Shown here: in pieces, positions 1 through 10,416 of the stretch
How positions within the stretch are numbered: position 1 is the stretch's first letter
How the letters are laid out: each line of letters begins with the position of its first letter
Virus record (IMG/VR): IMGVR_UViG_3300037851_000284
Span: 1 to 64,000 of that record
Reading direction: 5' to 3' (one strand)
Length of the DNA stretch: 64,000 bases
Origin: a virus
Lineage: Duplodnaviria > Caudoviricetes
The notes under the pieces: model-generated
Told to the model about the DNA's origin: nothing
The model's database searches: none
What the model saw: the letters and a program-made list of their open reading frames with translations, nothing else
Made by a program: the position numbers and the translations under genes

Positions 1-137
1 ACACGGCTATACTCATAAAGATGTTCTAGACGTACTCAGTCAAAAGGACAGCAAAAAAGAGAATTCATCTGATCAATGAATGTGAGGGTTTAATCAAATA
101 TTGTTTCCCTCACACAAACCTAATCAGAGGAGTATAT

Positions 138-578
138 ATGTCACTCAATCAGGTTACGCTGATTGGCAATTTGGGGAAAGATCCTGTCCGGCATGTGTTT
201 CCTGACGGAGCTGTGATTTCCCAGTTTTCCGTTGCCACATCCGAGAAATGGAACGACAGAAATGGCCAGCGCCAGGAACGCACCGAATGGCACAATATCG
301 TTGTCTTCGGGAAGATGGCCGAAGCCTGCCAGAAGTATCTAGCAAAAGGCAGGCAGGTATGCGTTACTGGCTCAATCCGTACTCGTACGTGGGATGATCA
401 GGATGGAATCAAACGTTATCGGGTTGAAATACGGGCAAGGAATGTCCAGTTCCTCGGATCTGTCACAAATGGCAACGGAAACGGCAACGGGAACAGTCAT
501 ACGTCCATACCCGCGCAGGAAGAAGTACCTGCACTTCCTGAAGCCGAAATTCCGCAGGATGAGGACCTACCCTTCTAA
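138..578 (+). CDS. ssb: single-stranded DNA-binding protein
   Basis: LNQVTLIGNLGKDP, TEWHNIVVFG, VTGSIRTRTW OB-fold motifs; acidic DEDLPF tail. Confidence 0.95.
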   Translation: MSLNQVTLIGNLGKDPVRHVFPDGAVISQFSVATSEKWNDRNGQRQERTEWHNIVVFGKMAEACQKYLAKGRQVCVTGSIRTRTWDDQDGIKRYRVEIRARNVQFLGSVTNGNGNGNGNSHTSIPAQEEVPALPEAEIPQDEDLPF

Positions 579-582
579 CAAT

Positions 583-612
583 AAGGCCGGTAGTAATACC
601 GGCCTTTTTATT
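583..612 (+). terminator. intrinsic terminator
   Basis: aaggccggta-GTAA-taccggcctt plus T tract after ssb. Confidence 0.85.
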
Positions 613-619
613 TGAAAGG

Positions 620-823
620 ATGAATATGCTATCAAATGCACAGGTAAAAAGAATTGAGGACATATATGTCCGTGGATTGAAGAAATTGGAATCCGCTCCC
701 GAATTCTCTCTGAAACCAGAACGAAAAAAGAAATCACATTCAGTCGCTCCATCAGAGGGACTGACTATTCTTCCCCTTACTGTACATGAACGCAAAGTGG
801 TAAGGGGATTTTTCAATAGATAG
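620..823 (+). CDS. hypothetical protein
   Basis: ORF with aagga RBS. Confidence 0.5.
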   Translation: MNMLSNAQVKRIEDIYVRGLKKLESAPEFSLKPERKKKSHSVAPSEGLTILPLTVHERKVVRGFFNR

Positions 824-832
824 GAACAGCAC

Positions 833-1111
833 ATGAAATGGCTATTTAATATGGCAAAAAGATTCTTTATTGGCATATTCAAAGCCATAAAGAACATGAT
901 TGTTGATATCGCTTCTAATATAGAAGCGGTGGTTATTTTAACATTCTCTGCTATTGGCTTAACAACCGTATTAGCAGAGATTCCCTTTCATTATGCGATG
1001 CCCGCTTTTATTGAAGCAGCAATGGTAATTCCTCTTGTATCCATATTAATAATATGGACGCTGCTTTCAATTATGCAAATGAGGATGAGATATGCTAAAC
1101 AGCATATCTAG
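833..1111 (+). CDS. hypothetical membrane protein
   Basis: two hydrophobic stretches. Confidence 0.55.
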   Translation: MKWLFNMAKRFFIGIFKAIKNMIVDIASNIEAVVILTFSAIGLTTVLAEIPFHYAMPAFIEAAMVIPLVSILIIWTLLSIMQMRMRYAKQHI

Positions 1112-2828
1112 AGGACTCATCAAAGGCAAATCAGGATTTCTTACATTAAGCCCATCACCATTTAAGTTGTTTAACATAAGGTGGGCTTCCTTTATTCCCA
1201 CAGCATTAAAAGCCTTGGGAGTTGTCAATGTTATCACAAAGAAAATATCCTCGCAAGATTTTGCTATTGATTTCGCTTCTTCATATGCTTCTCGCATTCT
1301 TACTGATAAGCTATTCATGGGTAAGGTAAAATCTATAGTTCAAAGAGCATATCTAATATCAAAAGAAAGACCCAATTGGAAGCTATCATTAATAGGTCTA
1401 GGAGCATCCAGAAGAACATGGGTATCCTCATTAGATAAAAGCCTGCTTGATGAAAGAATAATTAAGAACCTTATAATTATATATCATGATGCTCATAAAG
1501 CTGGAAAACACATAGACTTACATATGGGTCATGTATCCACAGTTTATCGTGTTTCCGGAAAGCCCGTAGAGAAGAAAATTCGATTCAATAACAAGGGCCT
1601 CTTAACGGAGGAATCCAAACAAGCATTATTGAAACATTTAAGAAAGGAAATAAAGAGTAACTCCAGGACAGTATGGAATCATGACCATACCATATCTAAT
1701 GCAATGTGTTCTTGGCCATATGATCCAGATAACAAAGATACAGAATATGGTGCTGGTGTAACAAGACAGATTATATTAAAGGACAAAGTTGAATTCTATC
1801 ATCCTGAAACAACATCTAGTTTACATCTATATGCCCCCGCAATTAATCCTAATCAAGGGATGTATATATATCAAATTTATCCACAAATAGAATCAAGAGC
1901 ACCAATACTGATAGCTGGCAATCTAATACCAATGGATCCCAACTTCCAAGACAGATTACATTTAAAGATGGCAAATAATCTAAAAACCTTCATAGAAAAG
2001 GTGGATTATGGAACCATTACTCGCAAATATGACGGAGCATCTGCGTATCTTGAAAGCACTAGTAAGGCTGGAGAAAATCACGGTGTCAAGATATTTTCAC
2101 CGAGAATGTCCAAGAAAACTGGACATCGCATTGAGTATACATACAAAGTGCCTGAGATATCAAATCAGGTTGTCAATGCAAAAGCTCAGGCAATGGGCGA
2201 GCTTATGTTCAGAAAACCAACAATTGTTGGTAAAGTCACTAAAATCCTTGGCATTAGAGGCCCCGAATATATCTGTTGGAATTATCTACCTGCGGCAAGT
2301 ATCGGAGGCATTCTCAACAACAATGAAGTTCGGTCTCGCAGAGTCGAACCAGAAATAAGACTATACAGAATAGACAAATGGAATGGAAATAAAACAACAA
2401 ATATTCCATTTTTCGACAATAGAAAACTCCAATTTGATTATTCAAGAATCATAGGTAGTCCATTTGTAAGTGTAGTCAAAATAGTAAAACCACATAAAGA
2501 CACAAGAACAGAGGGATTAGTCGGAGTTCCAGAAGGATTATCTATAAATGACGGTATTAAAGTTAAATGGTGGGCTGATGCTAATGATTGGAAAGTAATC
2601 TCACAAAAACTTAGTATTAGTCCAAAAGGAAATGTCCAAGGAGTCGTATGGTTCAAAAGTCTTGAAAGTGGAAAAGAATTCAAGCTAGGACCTGGAAGCC
2701 TTGGAAATGTAGACCATCAACTGGACTTTCTGGAAAAGAATTTAATTGGGAAAGTGTACAAGGTACACGGCCGCAATGGACACGAGGGAAGAGCAGCAAA
2801 GATAGTAGAAGAACACATGGATAAGTAA
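1092..2828 (+). CDS. ATP-dependent DNA ligase with N-terminal LigD-type 3'-phosphoesterase-like domain
   Basis: HDAHKAGKHIDLH and DH...EYGAG (PE); RKYDG, GELMF, EGLVG, KVK (ligase motifs); C-terminal OB-like region. Confidence 0.75.
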   Translation: MLNSISRGLIKGKSGFLTLSPSPFKLFNIRWASFIPTALKALGVVNVITKKISSQDFAIDFASSYASRILTDKLFMGKVKSIVQRAYLISKERPNWKLSLIGLGASRRTWVSSLDKSLLDERIIKNLIIIYHDAHKAGKHIDLHMGHVSTVYRVSGKPVEKKIRFNNKGLLTEESKQALLKHLRKEIKSNSRTVWNHDHTISNAMCSWPYDPDNKDTEYGAGVTRQIILKDKVEFYHPETTSSLHLYAPAINPNQGMYIYQIYPQIESRAPILIAGNLIPMDPNFQDRLHLKMANNLKTFIEKVDYGTITRKYDGASAYLESTSKAGENHGVKIFSPRMSKKTGHRIEYTYKVPEISNQVVNAKAQAMGELMFRKPTIVGKVTKILGIRGPEYICWNYLPAASIGGILNNNEVRSRRVEPEIRLYRIDKWNGNKTTNIPFFDNRKLQFDYSRIIGSPFVSVVKIVKPHKDTRTEGLVGVPEGLSINDGIKVKWWADANDWKVISQKLSISPKGNVQGVVWFKSLESGKEFKLGPGSLGNVDHQLDFLEKNLIGKVYKVHGRNGHEGRAAKIVEEHMDK

Positions 2829-2834
2829 GAAAAG

Positions 2835-2870
2835 AGAATTTACCTGGAATGGTAAATTCTATTTATTTTT
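2835..2870 (+). terminator. intrinsic terminator
   Basis: agaatttacc-tggaat-ggtaaattct plus T-rich tail. Confidence 0.7.
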
Positions 2871-3307
2871 AATTTAAAATGATGTTTGTTCATAAACAAG
2901 TGTGAAAAGAAAGAATGTGAGTATGGAAACTAAGGTAATGTGGGTTTGCAGAAAAAGAATGGATGAACTCAGCAAATTGTATCAGTTGGCTGAAAAGTCA
3001 TCCATTGTTCTTAGATACTCAAGAATGATACACAAATACCTAGTCTGTACGAGAGAGATAGAAAGCATCTCGTAAAGAAAGGAGTTATTACCAAAAGAGG
3101 AGATATTGTATTGGACATTACATAGCGAATAAAAGTTAAAAGGCATTTACAAAAATCAATTAGTTAGGACTTTATAAGAAACAGACTTTCATGTAGTACT
3201 ACAACCCTGTGACCAAAGAAACAATCAAAAAACGCTGTCTCTGTAAGCAATAGTATTCAGCTTTTCCTTTTATATTTTTTCTGATCATAATATTATCCAT
3301 AAATAGT

Positions 3308-3559
3308 ATGAAAATATATCAGAATATAGGTATATATATGAATAAAACAGTTTCTTACATATTGGCAGTATCATCGGACTCATTTAAGAACACAACAGTT
3401 CAAGTACTACCATATGAGGAAATAGAAAAATGGATAAGAAAGAACAGCCTGGTTCCACTGAGTGTAAGAATTTCATCATTACAATGTTTAACTAGAGATG
3501 GAAAACAGGAGTTCATAGCTTATCCTCTTATACCAATACACGAAAGGATAGGGAAATGA
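3308..3559 (+). CDS. hypothetical protein
   Basis: ORF track only. Confidence 0.4.
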   Translation: MKIYQNIGIYMNKTVSYILAVSSDSFKNTTVQVLPYEEIEKWIRKNSLVPLSVRISSLQCLTRDGKQEFIAYPLIPIHERIGK

Positions 3560-3661
3560 ATATAAGTCAATGTATTAGTCATTTCCATATTCTTTTCATT
3601 GCCGTAATTTCTGTAATAACTACCTTAGCCATATACTCCGTATTTAAGAAAGGAGAGCAGG

Positions 3662-4156
3662 ATGACACAGCTAGCTGTATTTGACGAAAAGACCATGTTA
3701 ATGTCCACAACCATTAAGTCATTCAGAGCTTCAAGGGGACTGAGTCAGTCCGCATTTGCCAAATCGGTGGGATGTAGCCCAGCACAAATTTCAGTAATGG
3801 AAAGAGCAAAGACAAACCGCATTACTCCAACAATGTATAAAACCTTATGTGATGCGGGACTTGACCTAAAAGGACTTGTCCCAAGTTTGATAATAGAACA
3901 AATCCGAGCAAAAACAGTGAACTTTTCTAAGAAGTCAGACTTGTCTGTACCATTGAAAAGAAAGGATCCAATCAAGCTTCTATGTCATGCTCGTGACTTG
4001 GTTAAAGAAGCAAACGATCTTATCAACTCAAAGTTTGCAAAGGTGGATATGGAAATAGAAGAACATAGAAAGGCGATATTCGAAAGAGAAAAATTCAAGG
4101 AAGGAATAATAAAGGAAAAGCAGGCATGTCTAGATAATATCCTCTCAATTGTATAA
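3662..4156 (+). CDS. XRE-family HTH protein with C-terminal coiled coil
   Basis: RASRGLSQSAFAKSVGCSPAQISVME HTH; RBS aggag. Confidence 0.75.
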   Translation: MTQLAVFDEKTMLMSTTIKSFRASRGLSQSAFAKSVGCSPAQISVMERAKTNRITPTMYKTLCDAGLDLKGLVPSLIIEQIRAKTVNFSKKSDLSVPLKRKDPIKLLCHARDLVKEANDLINSKFAKVDMEIEEHRKAIFEREKFKEGIIKEKQACLDNILSIV

Positions 4157-4168
4157 AATGGAGGATTT

Positions 4169-4417
4169 ATGAAACTTGTTAACAATTATTCCATTTACAT
4201 ATCAGTTACTACCCTTCTTTTACTCATTGTTGCCTATTTTACGTATTCCTTATGGATGATAAGTGAAATAGGAAATGCTCAATTCGAAGTATTAAAGCAA
4301 ATGATACAAGAAGATGATTATGCAACTGATAACATAAGCAAGATGTTAATAGATGGAAAAATATCAAACAAAGAATACATTAATCTGCGACATAAATATT
4401 CACATGGGAGGATGTGA
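4169..4417 (+). CDS. hypothetical membrane protein
   Basis: RBS ggagg, N-terminal hydrophobic helix. Confidence 0.55.
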   Translation: MKLVNNYSIYISVTTLLLLIVAYFTYSLWMISEIGNAQFEVLKQMIQEDDYATDNISKMLIDGKISNKEYINLRHKYSHGRM

Positions 4418-4827
4418 TGGATACAAAGGATATGTTGTTATCAATGTGGAAAACACGGCATACACATCCTGAAATATTCATCAAGAAAGAAGTTCCATTA
4501 TTCTCATCGACGGGACAGTTCATAAAGAACTTCACAATTCTGAGTAAGTCTAGAAGAGTGACTGTGTATCCTGATGAGAATACTGTTATAAGTGGAACAG
4601 ACAGAGTTGGTATTTTGATATATGCTGACCAAAATCCACTTGGATACAGCGAAGATGCCCACCTTGTAGAACAAGGAAAAAAAAGGCCAGATGAGATAGG
4701 ATGGTTGTTTATCAAGATGATAAATATAAACCTGAAAATCTGGTTGGGCAAAGTGTCCAGTGGCATTCCGACAATCCTACAGGATTGTGAATATAACAAA
4801 GAGAAATCTCATCTTCTTTTGAAATGA
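4414..4827 (+). CDS. hypothetical protein
   Basis: coupled ORF. Confidence 0.55.
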   Translation: MMDTKDMLLSMWKTRHTHPEIFIKKEVPLFSSTGQFIKNFTILSKSRRVTVYPDENTVISGTDRVGILIYADQNPLGYSEDAHLVEQGKKRPDEIGWLFIKMININLKIWLGKVSSGIPTILQDCEYNKEKSHLLLK

Positions 4828-4833
4828 GGATGT

Positions 4834-5109
4834 ATGTATCATTTCTTAATGAATGACATCAACACAACACTAGAAGTAGTAGATGAGTGTCCCTTATTTG
4901 ATTTGTATAAGGGAGAGTGTTCAAAATGCAGATTGTTCAAGGGAACAACAGACATATATAGAGAAGGAAAATGTAATGCCCTAGAGCTATATCGTCCGAT
5001 CTCCGATTTTATGGAACCAAGAAAATGTCCCAAAAAATACGGAGTCTGCATAAAATGTCCGAGTTTTCTCGGATTCAAGGACGATAGAGGATTCTATTGC
5101 AACGCATAA
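4834..5109 (+). CDS. Cys-rich hypothetical protein
   Basis: several CxxC pairs; RBS gagga. Confidence 0.55.
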   Translation: MYHFLMNDINTTLEVVDECPLFDLYKGECSKCRLFKGTTDIYREGKCNALELYRPISDFMEPRKCPKKYGVCIKCPSFLGFKDDRGFYCNA

Positions 5110-5190
5110 CTTTCTCTCTTTTATTTTAAATCTGCTCGCAAACCCTATTTCAAGAGAGGAGAATAATTTAACTAAACGAAAGGAGTTTGT

Positions 5191-5571
5191 ATGATCAGAT
5201 TCTCTGAGTTCGCAAGAAATCTCAGTACCTTCCGTACTAAGGAAGTAAAAGATCCGCACTTTCGTTTCCATAGGAACGGAAATGGCTTAATGCAGTGTAC
5301 CTTCAGGGCCAATCTCCTTTTAAGAACAAAAAAGGGGATACAGCCACTCGGAAACGGATTGATATGTTTTGCTGATGAATCAGCATCATCTCAATCCGTT
5401 GAAGGAGAACTAATCCGATCAGGAAGATGGAAGTCATTTCAAGTCGGAAAATTATGGGCATTCTTGAACGGAAAAACTATCCTTCTTGCAAAAGTAGATC
5501 CTACAGGAGCTACCAATTTGGCAAGTGGATTCATATCTGAAGAAGGAGAATTCCTTATAGATAAGGAGTAG
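5191..5571 (+). CDS. hypothetical protein
   Basis: RBS aggag. Confidence 0.6.
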   Translation: MIRFSEFARNLSTFRTKEVKDPHFRFHRNGNGLMQCTFRANLLLRTKKGIQPLGNGLICFADESASSQSVEGELIRSGRWKSFQVGKLWAFLNGKTILLAKVDPTGATNLASGFISEEGEFLIDKE

Positions 5572-5680
5572 CGTGATAGTCAATTTCCTCAAGATACTAG
5601 GCATTATTGCTATTGCCTTTTTGCTAGGCACCCTTATTGGAATACCTATAGGACTTGCAGGTATCTAGAAAGAAGGATCT

Positions 5681-6322
5681 ATGATATATACCGGCATTGG
5701 ATCTAGAACGACACCACCGGTTATATTAGACCTAATGCTAGAAATAGGACGCTATTTCGGGAAGCACGGTGTTACTCTACGCTCAGGAGGGGCCCCTGGA
5801 GCAGACATTGCTTTTGAACAAGGTTGTGATTCTGCTGGAGGACCAAAGCAAATCTTTTTCCCCACGAAAATCTGGATGGGAAAAGATTCGTCTTTGAGAA
5901 CAGGAACCTATCATCTAATGGGGCCTGATATCAATTTGCAGGAAGCATCTATATGGGCCCAAAGAATTTGGACATATAGAAACCTGCAGTATGAATGGAA
6001 TCGTTTGAAACCATTCACAAAGCTATTAATGATAAGAAACAGTCTGCAGATTCTAGGACCACAGATGGTCTCTCCAACAAAACTAATCATATGCTGGACT
6101 ACCAATGGCGAATTAACAGGAGGCACTGGACAGACTATGATGATGGCAGAACATATCAATCATTCGAAAGAATACGATTATGTTATTCCCATTATCAACC
6201 TGCAAATACAGTCACACAGAGACGCTATAAGAAATTTATTGTCCGGAAACGATCCAAACTCATTCATTGACACTGTTCAAAACATACTGCAAAAACGGTT
6301 GAAAAAGAGACTACACAAATAG
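5681..6322 (+). CDS. SLOG/DprA-like nucleotide-binding protein
   Basis: YTGIGSR, LRSGGAPGADIAFE, GGTGQT motifs. Confidence 0.75.
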   Translation: MIYTGIGSRTTPPVILDLMLEIGRYFGKHGVTLRSGGAPGADIAFEQGCDSAGGPKQIFFPTKIWMGKDSSLRTGTYHLMGPDINLQEASIWAQRIWTYRNLQYEWNRLKPFTKLLMIRNSLQILGPQMVSPTKLIICWTTNGELTGGTGQTMMMAEHINHSKEYDYVIPIINLQIQSHRDAIRNLLSGNDPNSFIDTVQNILQKRLKKRLHK

Positions 6323-6345
6323 TATTTACCCCCAAGGAGATTATA

Positions 6346-8397
6346 ATGGCAAGAAAACGACTGGCTAGGCCATCTATATACGAATGTCAACTGGGAACAA
6401 AAGGAAACAGAGAATGTGTATTTCGCATAACAAGGACAGACCCAATTACAGGAAAACCTGTGGTTCATGGATGTATGAGGTTTGGAGGAAAACCAGGAAG
6501 AGACTTCTATAACCTATTTCCAGAGACTGATAAAGAAGGATATATAACATTTCAACCAACGAATCCTACAGAGGCTCCCTTCTGGAGACTTGGTGAGTCA
6601 CCCATTACAATGGAAAGTCTCACAGACAATAACAATGGAAGGACATATCTAGGATTTAGGGATATCCCATCCGACTCGACACTTCATCCCCTATATACTC
6701 ACGAAGAAAGAAATATACCAACAAAATCATATCTTTCAGATGATGATGTTGGAGAAATAATGGGGGATGATAATCCCGCATTAGTGAACCAACATTGGGG
6801 AGACATAAGGTTCATAAAAAAGGATACTGTAGAAAAATGCAAGCCCTCCATATTTGGAGTATTCCTTCCAAGTGAGAATATGGTTATGTCTGCCTGTCTT
6901 CGATCTCATGTCGGAGAAGTCCCCAATTGGGTAAACTATACAAAAAGAACAGACAAGTCGCAGAAGGAACTACTCGTCTGCTACGCTACACACGACGAAA
7001 TACGTAAGTTTTGTAACAAGTATCTAGGATCGCCAGCATCCGAAAGATTGTTTGATGCACTAGTCCTAATATCAAAGGGGACATATATAAATATATGGAG
7101 TCTTTTGAGGAACAATTTCGTTGATAAATCTACAATAAAGAAGATCCAATCTGCAATATCATCAGTATCAATTGACTCCCTTTATAAGACAGAGGTGGAT
7201 ATAAAGGCTCACTGTGAATTCTTTCATTTGCTGGAGAAAGCAGAATGGAAGAGTTCGTATGTAGATGAAAATGGTAATAAGATTGATATCACACAACGTA
7301 TCCCGAGGGAAAAACTCAGAATATATAAGGAGAATCTGTTAAACTTCATCTTGAATTCTCCAGACCTTAAGAAATGCCTATCTGTTCCAAAGCTGACAAA
7401 ATCATTCAGATATTGGCATGTTGTAGCCCTGATGAGAGTGGCGTTAAAAGAGGGGATATTAAACCCTGATATGTCACTTCCACAGTGGCTTGTTGATATC
7501 ATAAAACAGAAGGATATCCCTTATACCAAGCTATTCGGCAAGATGATGTCATATAAGGAATTACCCCATGAGTATAAGGGCGAATTCCATGATGTACAAT
7601 ATCTCAGGCTTAATCAAGTGGATGATCTATATCCAGGAATGAGAATTATAAAGAAAGAGGTAGACCATAAGATACTGGGTTCACAAGGATGGTACCAGTT
7701 CTGTGAAATATTGAAATGTGGAAGAATCTGGTCAATAAACGAGATAAAGAATGCATTTGAACGATTCGTTCCGTCTTGGATGCAGGATGACCCGAGCATA
7801 TTTCTAGAATGGGTGAATAACATTGCAGACTTACCATTTGAAGATGTAATATCCATGCTCCCTGATGAGCTAGACTCCATTAGAAAGAAGACTGGGTGTG
7901 TAACACTAGACTTCCCTAAGATAGAACTCATGGAGAAGGGAGCGATCAGTCTGACAGACGGAAGCCTGTCAGAAGCAAGAGGATTTGCTATAAATATAAT
8001 GTCTAGCATTCTCCCAAAGATAGATGAGAAAACTGGGAAACCAATTCCATGGAGAATGTGGGAATCTTGGGAGGATTGGAATGCATACAAAGCACCAATA
8101 TCAAATTGGTACGAAGCTACAGCAAGAATAAAACTCCATAAGGAATGTAATCATGACACATTCTGGGCACGGATGGCTAGAATGGGTGGATATTTCAAGG
8201 ACAAAGCTAGAGCAAGAAAACTTCTGACTGAGGAAACTATGAGAGAAGCAATGGAATCTCATGAGGAAGGATTGTCGGATCTTGCTAACTCTGTCGATGA
8301 GGTTGGATTAAATACCGACGATTTATTCATCATGAATGGTATTGACTCTAGAAATAATGAAGAAGGGAGAGACGGATTATGGCTTGGACAGGAATAA
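6346..8397 (+). CDS. large hypothetical protein (683 aa)
   Basis: long ORF, RBS aaggag; no family recognised. Confidence 0.8.
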   Translation: MARKRLARPSIYECQLGTKGNRECVFRITRTDPITGKPVVHGCMRFGGKPGRDFYNLFPETDKEGYITFQPTNPTEAPFWRLGESPITMESLTDNNNGRTYLGFRDIPSDSTLHPLYTHEERNIPTKSYLSDDDVGEIMGDDNPALVNQHWGDIRFIKKDTVEKCKPSIFGVFLPSENMVMSACLRSHVGEVPNWVNYTKRTDKSQKELLVCYATHDEIRKFCNKYLGSPASERLFDALVLISKGTYINIWSLLRNNFVDKSTIKKIQSAISSVSIDSLYKTEVDIKAHCEFFHLLEKAEWKSSYVDENGNKIDITQRIPREKLRIYKENLLNFILNSPDLKKCLSVPKLTKSFRYWHVVALMRVALKEGILNPDMSLPQWLVDIIKQKDIPYTKLFGKMMSYKELPHEYKGEFHDVQYLRLNQVDDLYPGMRIIKKEVDHKILGSQGWYQFCEILKCGRIWSINEIKNAFERFVPSWMQDDPSIFLEWVNNIADLPFEDVISMLPDELDSIRKKTGCVTLDFPKIELMEKGAISLTDGSLSEARGFAINIMSSILPKIDEKTGKPIPWRMWESWEDWNAYKAPISNWYEATARIKLHKECNHDTFWARMARMGGYFKDKARARKLLTEETMREAMESHEEGLSDLANSVDEVGLNTDDLFIMNGIDSRNNEEGRDGLWLGQE

Positions 8398-8822
8398 CCC
8401 AATTGATAGGGAAAAAATCCATGACAATATGTCCGAACGGCGGATCTACCTTCTGGACAAACTGCTTTCCATTCGACCAGGATTTGGATGGTAATCCAAC
8501 AAAGGAATGGAAGAATGTTGTAAAGGATAAGGATATGATTACTAACATTCTTCTTTCTAAATCCTTTGCTGATAATGTGGTTCTAATTGATATTAAGAAG
8601 TTCGAGAGCAATGGAAATGTAGTAAACGTTTCCGATATATCGAACTGCGTTACAGCAAAGTGTGTGATGAAGAAAGATCCAAGAGGATTTATGTTGCTTG
8701 TTGTCGGGAATAAAACGGCAAAAACACAGCTATTATGTGGGAGAACGAAAAGAGATGCTTCTTTCTCTCCTTTATTAGTATATGTAAAAGATAAAAAATT
8801 CCATCTTCTTAACGAAGTGTAA
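8379..8822 (+). CDS. hypothetical protein
   Basis: overlapping ORF in operon. Confidence 0.6.
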   Translation: MAWTGITQLIGKKSMTICPNGGSTFWTNCFPFDQDLDGNPTKEWKNVVKDKDMITNILLSKSFADNVVLIDIKKFESNGNVVNVSDISNCVTAKCVMKKDPRGFMLLVVGNKTAKTQLLCGRTKRDASFSPLLVYVKDKKFHLLNEV

Positions 8823-8849
8823 CATATCCTTCTCACTTAACCAAAGGGA

Positions 8850-9476
8850 GTGCTTATGTCTCAACAAATCTTCAAGAATGTCCCGATGATTGACAATCGT
8901 GGACAGAATGCGACGGGAGTCGGGATCCTTTCGTCCGACAAAAGGTTCGTGGTAGCGTGCATTGCGCGCTCGTATGTCGGTCCGTGGAAAGCCAGTGCGA
9001 CGGGAAGCGGCAACGATGCTCGTCCAATCGGGTTCGGTGATATCAATGTTTTCACCACCGAGAACATCAAGACGCTAGCCGATGGGTCTGTTACCGCAGA
9101 CCTGAGACCTTTTGCCACCAATCTCGGATTCCGCGCAATGGAAATCCGTGACCAGCAGGGAAATGTGTCTGAGAGCATCAATACTACGCTAGATGACACA
9201 TTCGGGCAGGGAAAGAACCAAAAGAAAATCGGTGATATCTTCCCCAAAGAAGTGACATCAATTTTCAGCGCAGCAATCAAGATGGCAACTAAGTTTCTTA
9301 CCGAACAGGGTCCGGCGCGGCGTATGCTCAACGCAGAGCTGTCAGAGGCCGCAAGCGACCTCGCTCGTATGGCAGCCAATGCAGACAAGAAGAGGGCCAA
9401 AGCGACAACCTCAAGCCCTGTTCAGGCAGTGGGTGGGGTAACCCCAGCCTCGGTGCTTGAGGAATCCGCAATATAA
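8850..9476 (+). CDS. hypothetical protein (GC-richer codon usage; start may be 8856)
   Basis: RBS gggag; followed by terminator. Confidence 0.7.
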   Translation: MLMSQQIFKNVPMIDNRGQNATGVGILSSDKRFVVACIARSYVGPWKASATGSGNDARPIGFGDINVFTTENIKTLADGSVTADLRPFATNLGFRAMEIRDQQGNVSESINTTLDDTFGQGKNQKKIGDIFPKEVTSIFSAAIKMATKFLTEQGPARRMLNAELSEAASDLARMAANADKKRAKATTSSPVQAVGGVTPASVLEESAI

Positions 9477-9515
9477 CTGGCAGATAAGCAGCTTGGCGCA
9501 ACATCAGTCCAGTTG

Positions 9516-9548
9516 AGGGACAAGGATGAAAGTCCTTGTCCCTTTTTT
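9516..9548 (+). terminator. intrinsic terminator
   Basis: agggacaaggat-GAAA-gtccttgtccct plus T tract. Confidence 0.85.
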
Positions 9549-9722
9549 ATTGAAATTACCAGATTAGATACCATACCATTTCACTATTAAATTTCTTGGT
9601 GCACCTTCTTAGTTAGATAGAATTTGACAAAGTAATCACTGGAAGAAACTTAATATATGCAGGTACGTCTGGAGATTTAGGTTTCGTGTCATATGATATC
9701 TACGAGGAATCTGTCATAATAG

Positions 9723-10094
9723 GTGGAGAGGACGTTTATGTCAAATTCAACAACTAAGAATTCTTTTAAAAAACTCTTTACTCACCTCTCAACCAAGGTA
9801 AGTCTTCCACTTCATCAAGCCAAAATGATGGAAGTGGCTCCAAGAAGTTTCCGTTGGAAAAAGATTGAAACAAAAGCATTTCTAAAGAAGTTCAAGAAGG
9901 AATATGGATATATTCCCCAATCACAGATATTTTCCGTAATATCCATAAGCTGGTCTGAAAAGGGAAGAGGATTTGGAGAATACAGATTCTGGCAAGATGG
10001 AGATAAAATTTATCTAGATAGTGAGCATGATAGCAAGAATGCAGTCAAACGTATATTGTGTACTATGGTTGATCAAGCAATTTTACAGGAGTAA
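9723..10094 (+). CDS. hypothetical protein
   Basis: ORF, RBS gagg before internal ATG. Confidence 0.6.
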   Translation: MERTFMSNSTTKNSFKKLFTHLSTKVSLPLHQAKMMEVAPRSFRWKKIETKAFLKKFKKEYGYIPQSQIFSVISISWSEKGRGFGEYRFWQDGDKIYLDSEHDSKNAVKRILCTMVDQAILQE

Positions 10095-10117
10095 ACAATA
10101 AACCAAAGGAGTGTTTT

Positions 10118-10408
10118 ATGGCAAAGTTTACAATTAATGCGTTGCTTTCAATGTCGGGTATTCTCGTTCAAAGAAGGAGTCAACTGGAGATGTTACGGAG
10201 AGAGACTCCTACAAAGACTACCATAACCAACATGGAGTCCAAGGTCCAGCAAGTCATTGAGCCAACATATGATGTAAAAATTATCGATAAGAAAATAACC
10301 AACATCAACAATGCTCTCTTCGAGATTAGTCAGAAGGTTAAGGATTCAAATTCCAGAACCGAGATCGAAATAGATATCGATTATAAGGACTTGTCATCCA
10401 CCATTTAA
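10118..10408 (+). CDS. small helical/coiled-coil protein
   Basis: RBS aaggag; heptad-like pattern. Confidence 0.7.
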   Translation: MAKFTINALLSMSGILVQRRSQLEMLRRETPTKTTITNMESKVQQVIEPTYDVKIIDKKITNINNALFEISQKVKDSNSRTEIEIDIDYKDLSSTI

Positions 10409-10416
10409 GAAATTAC

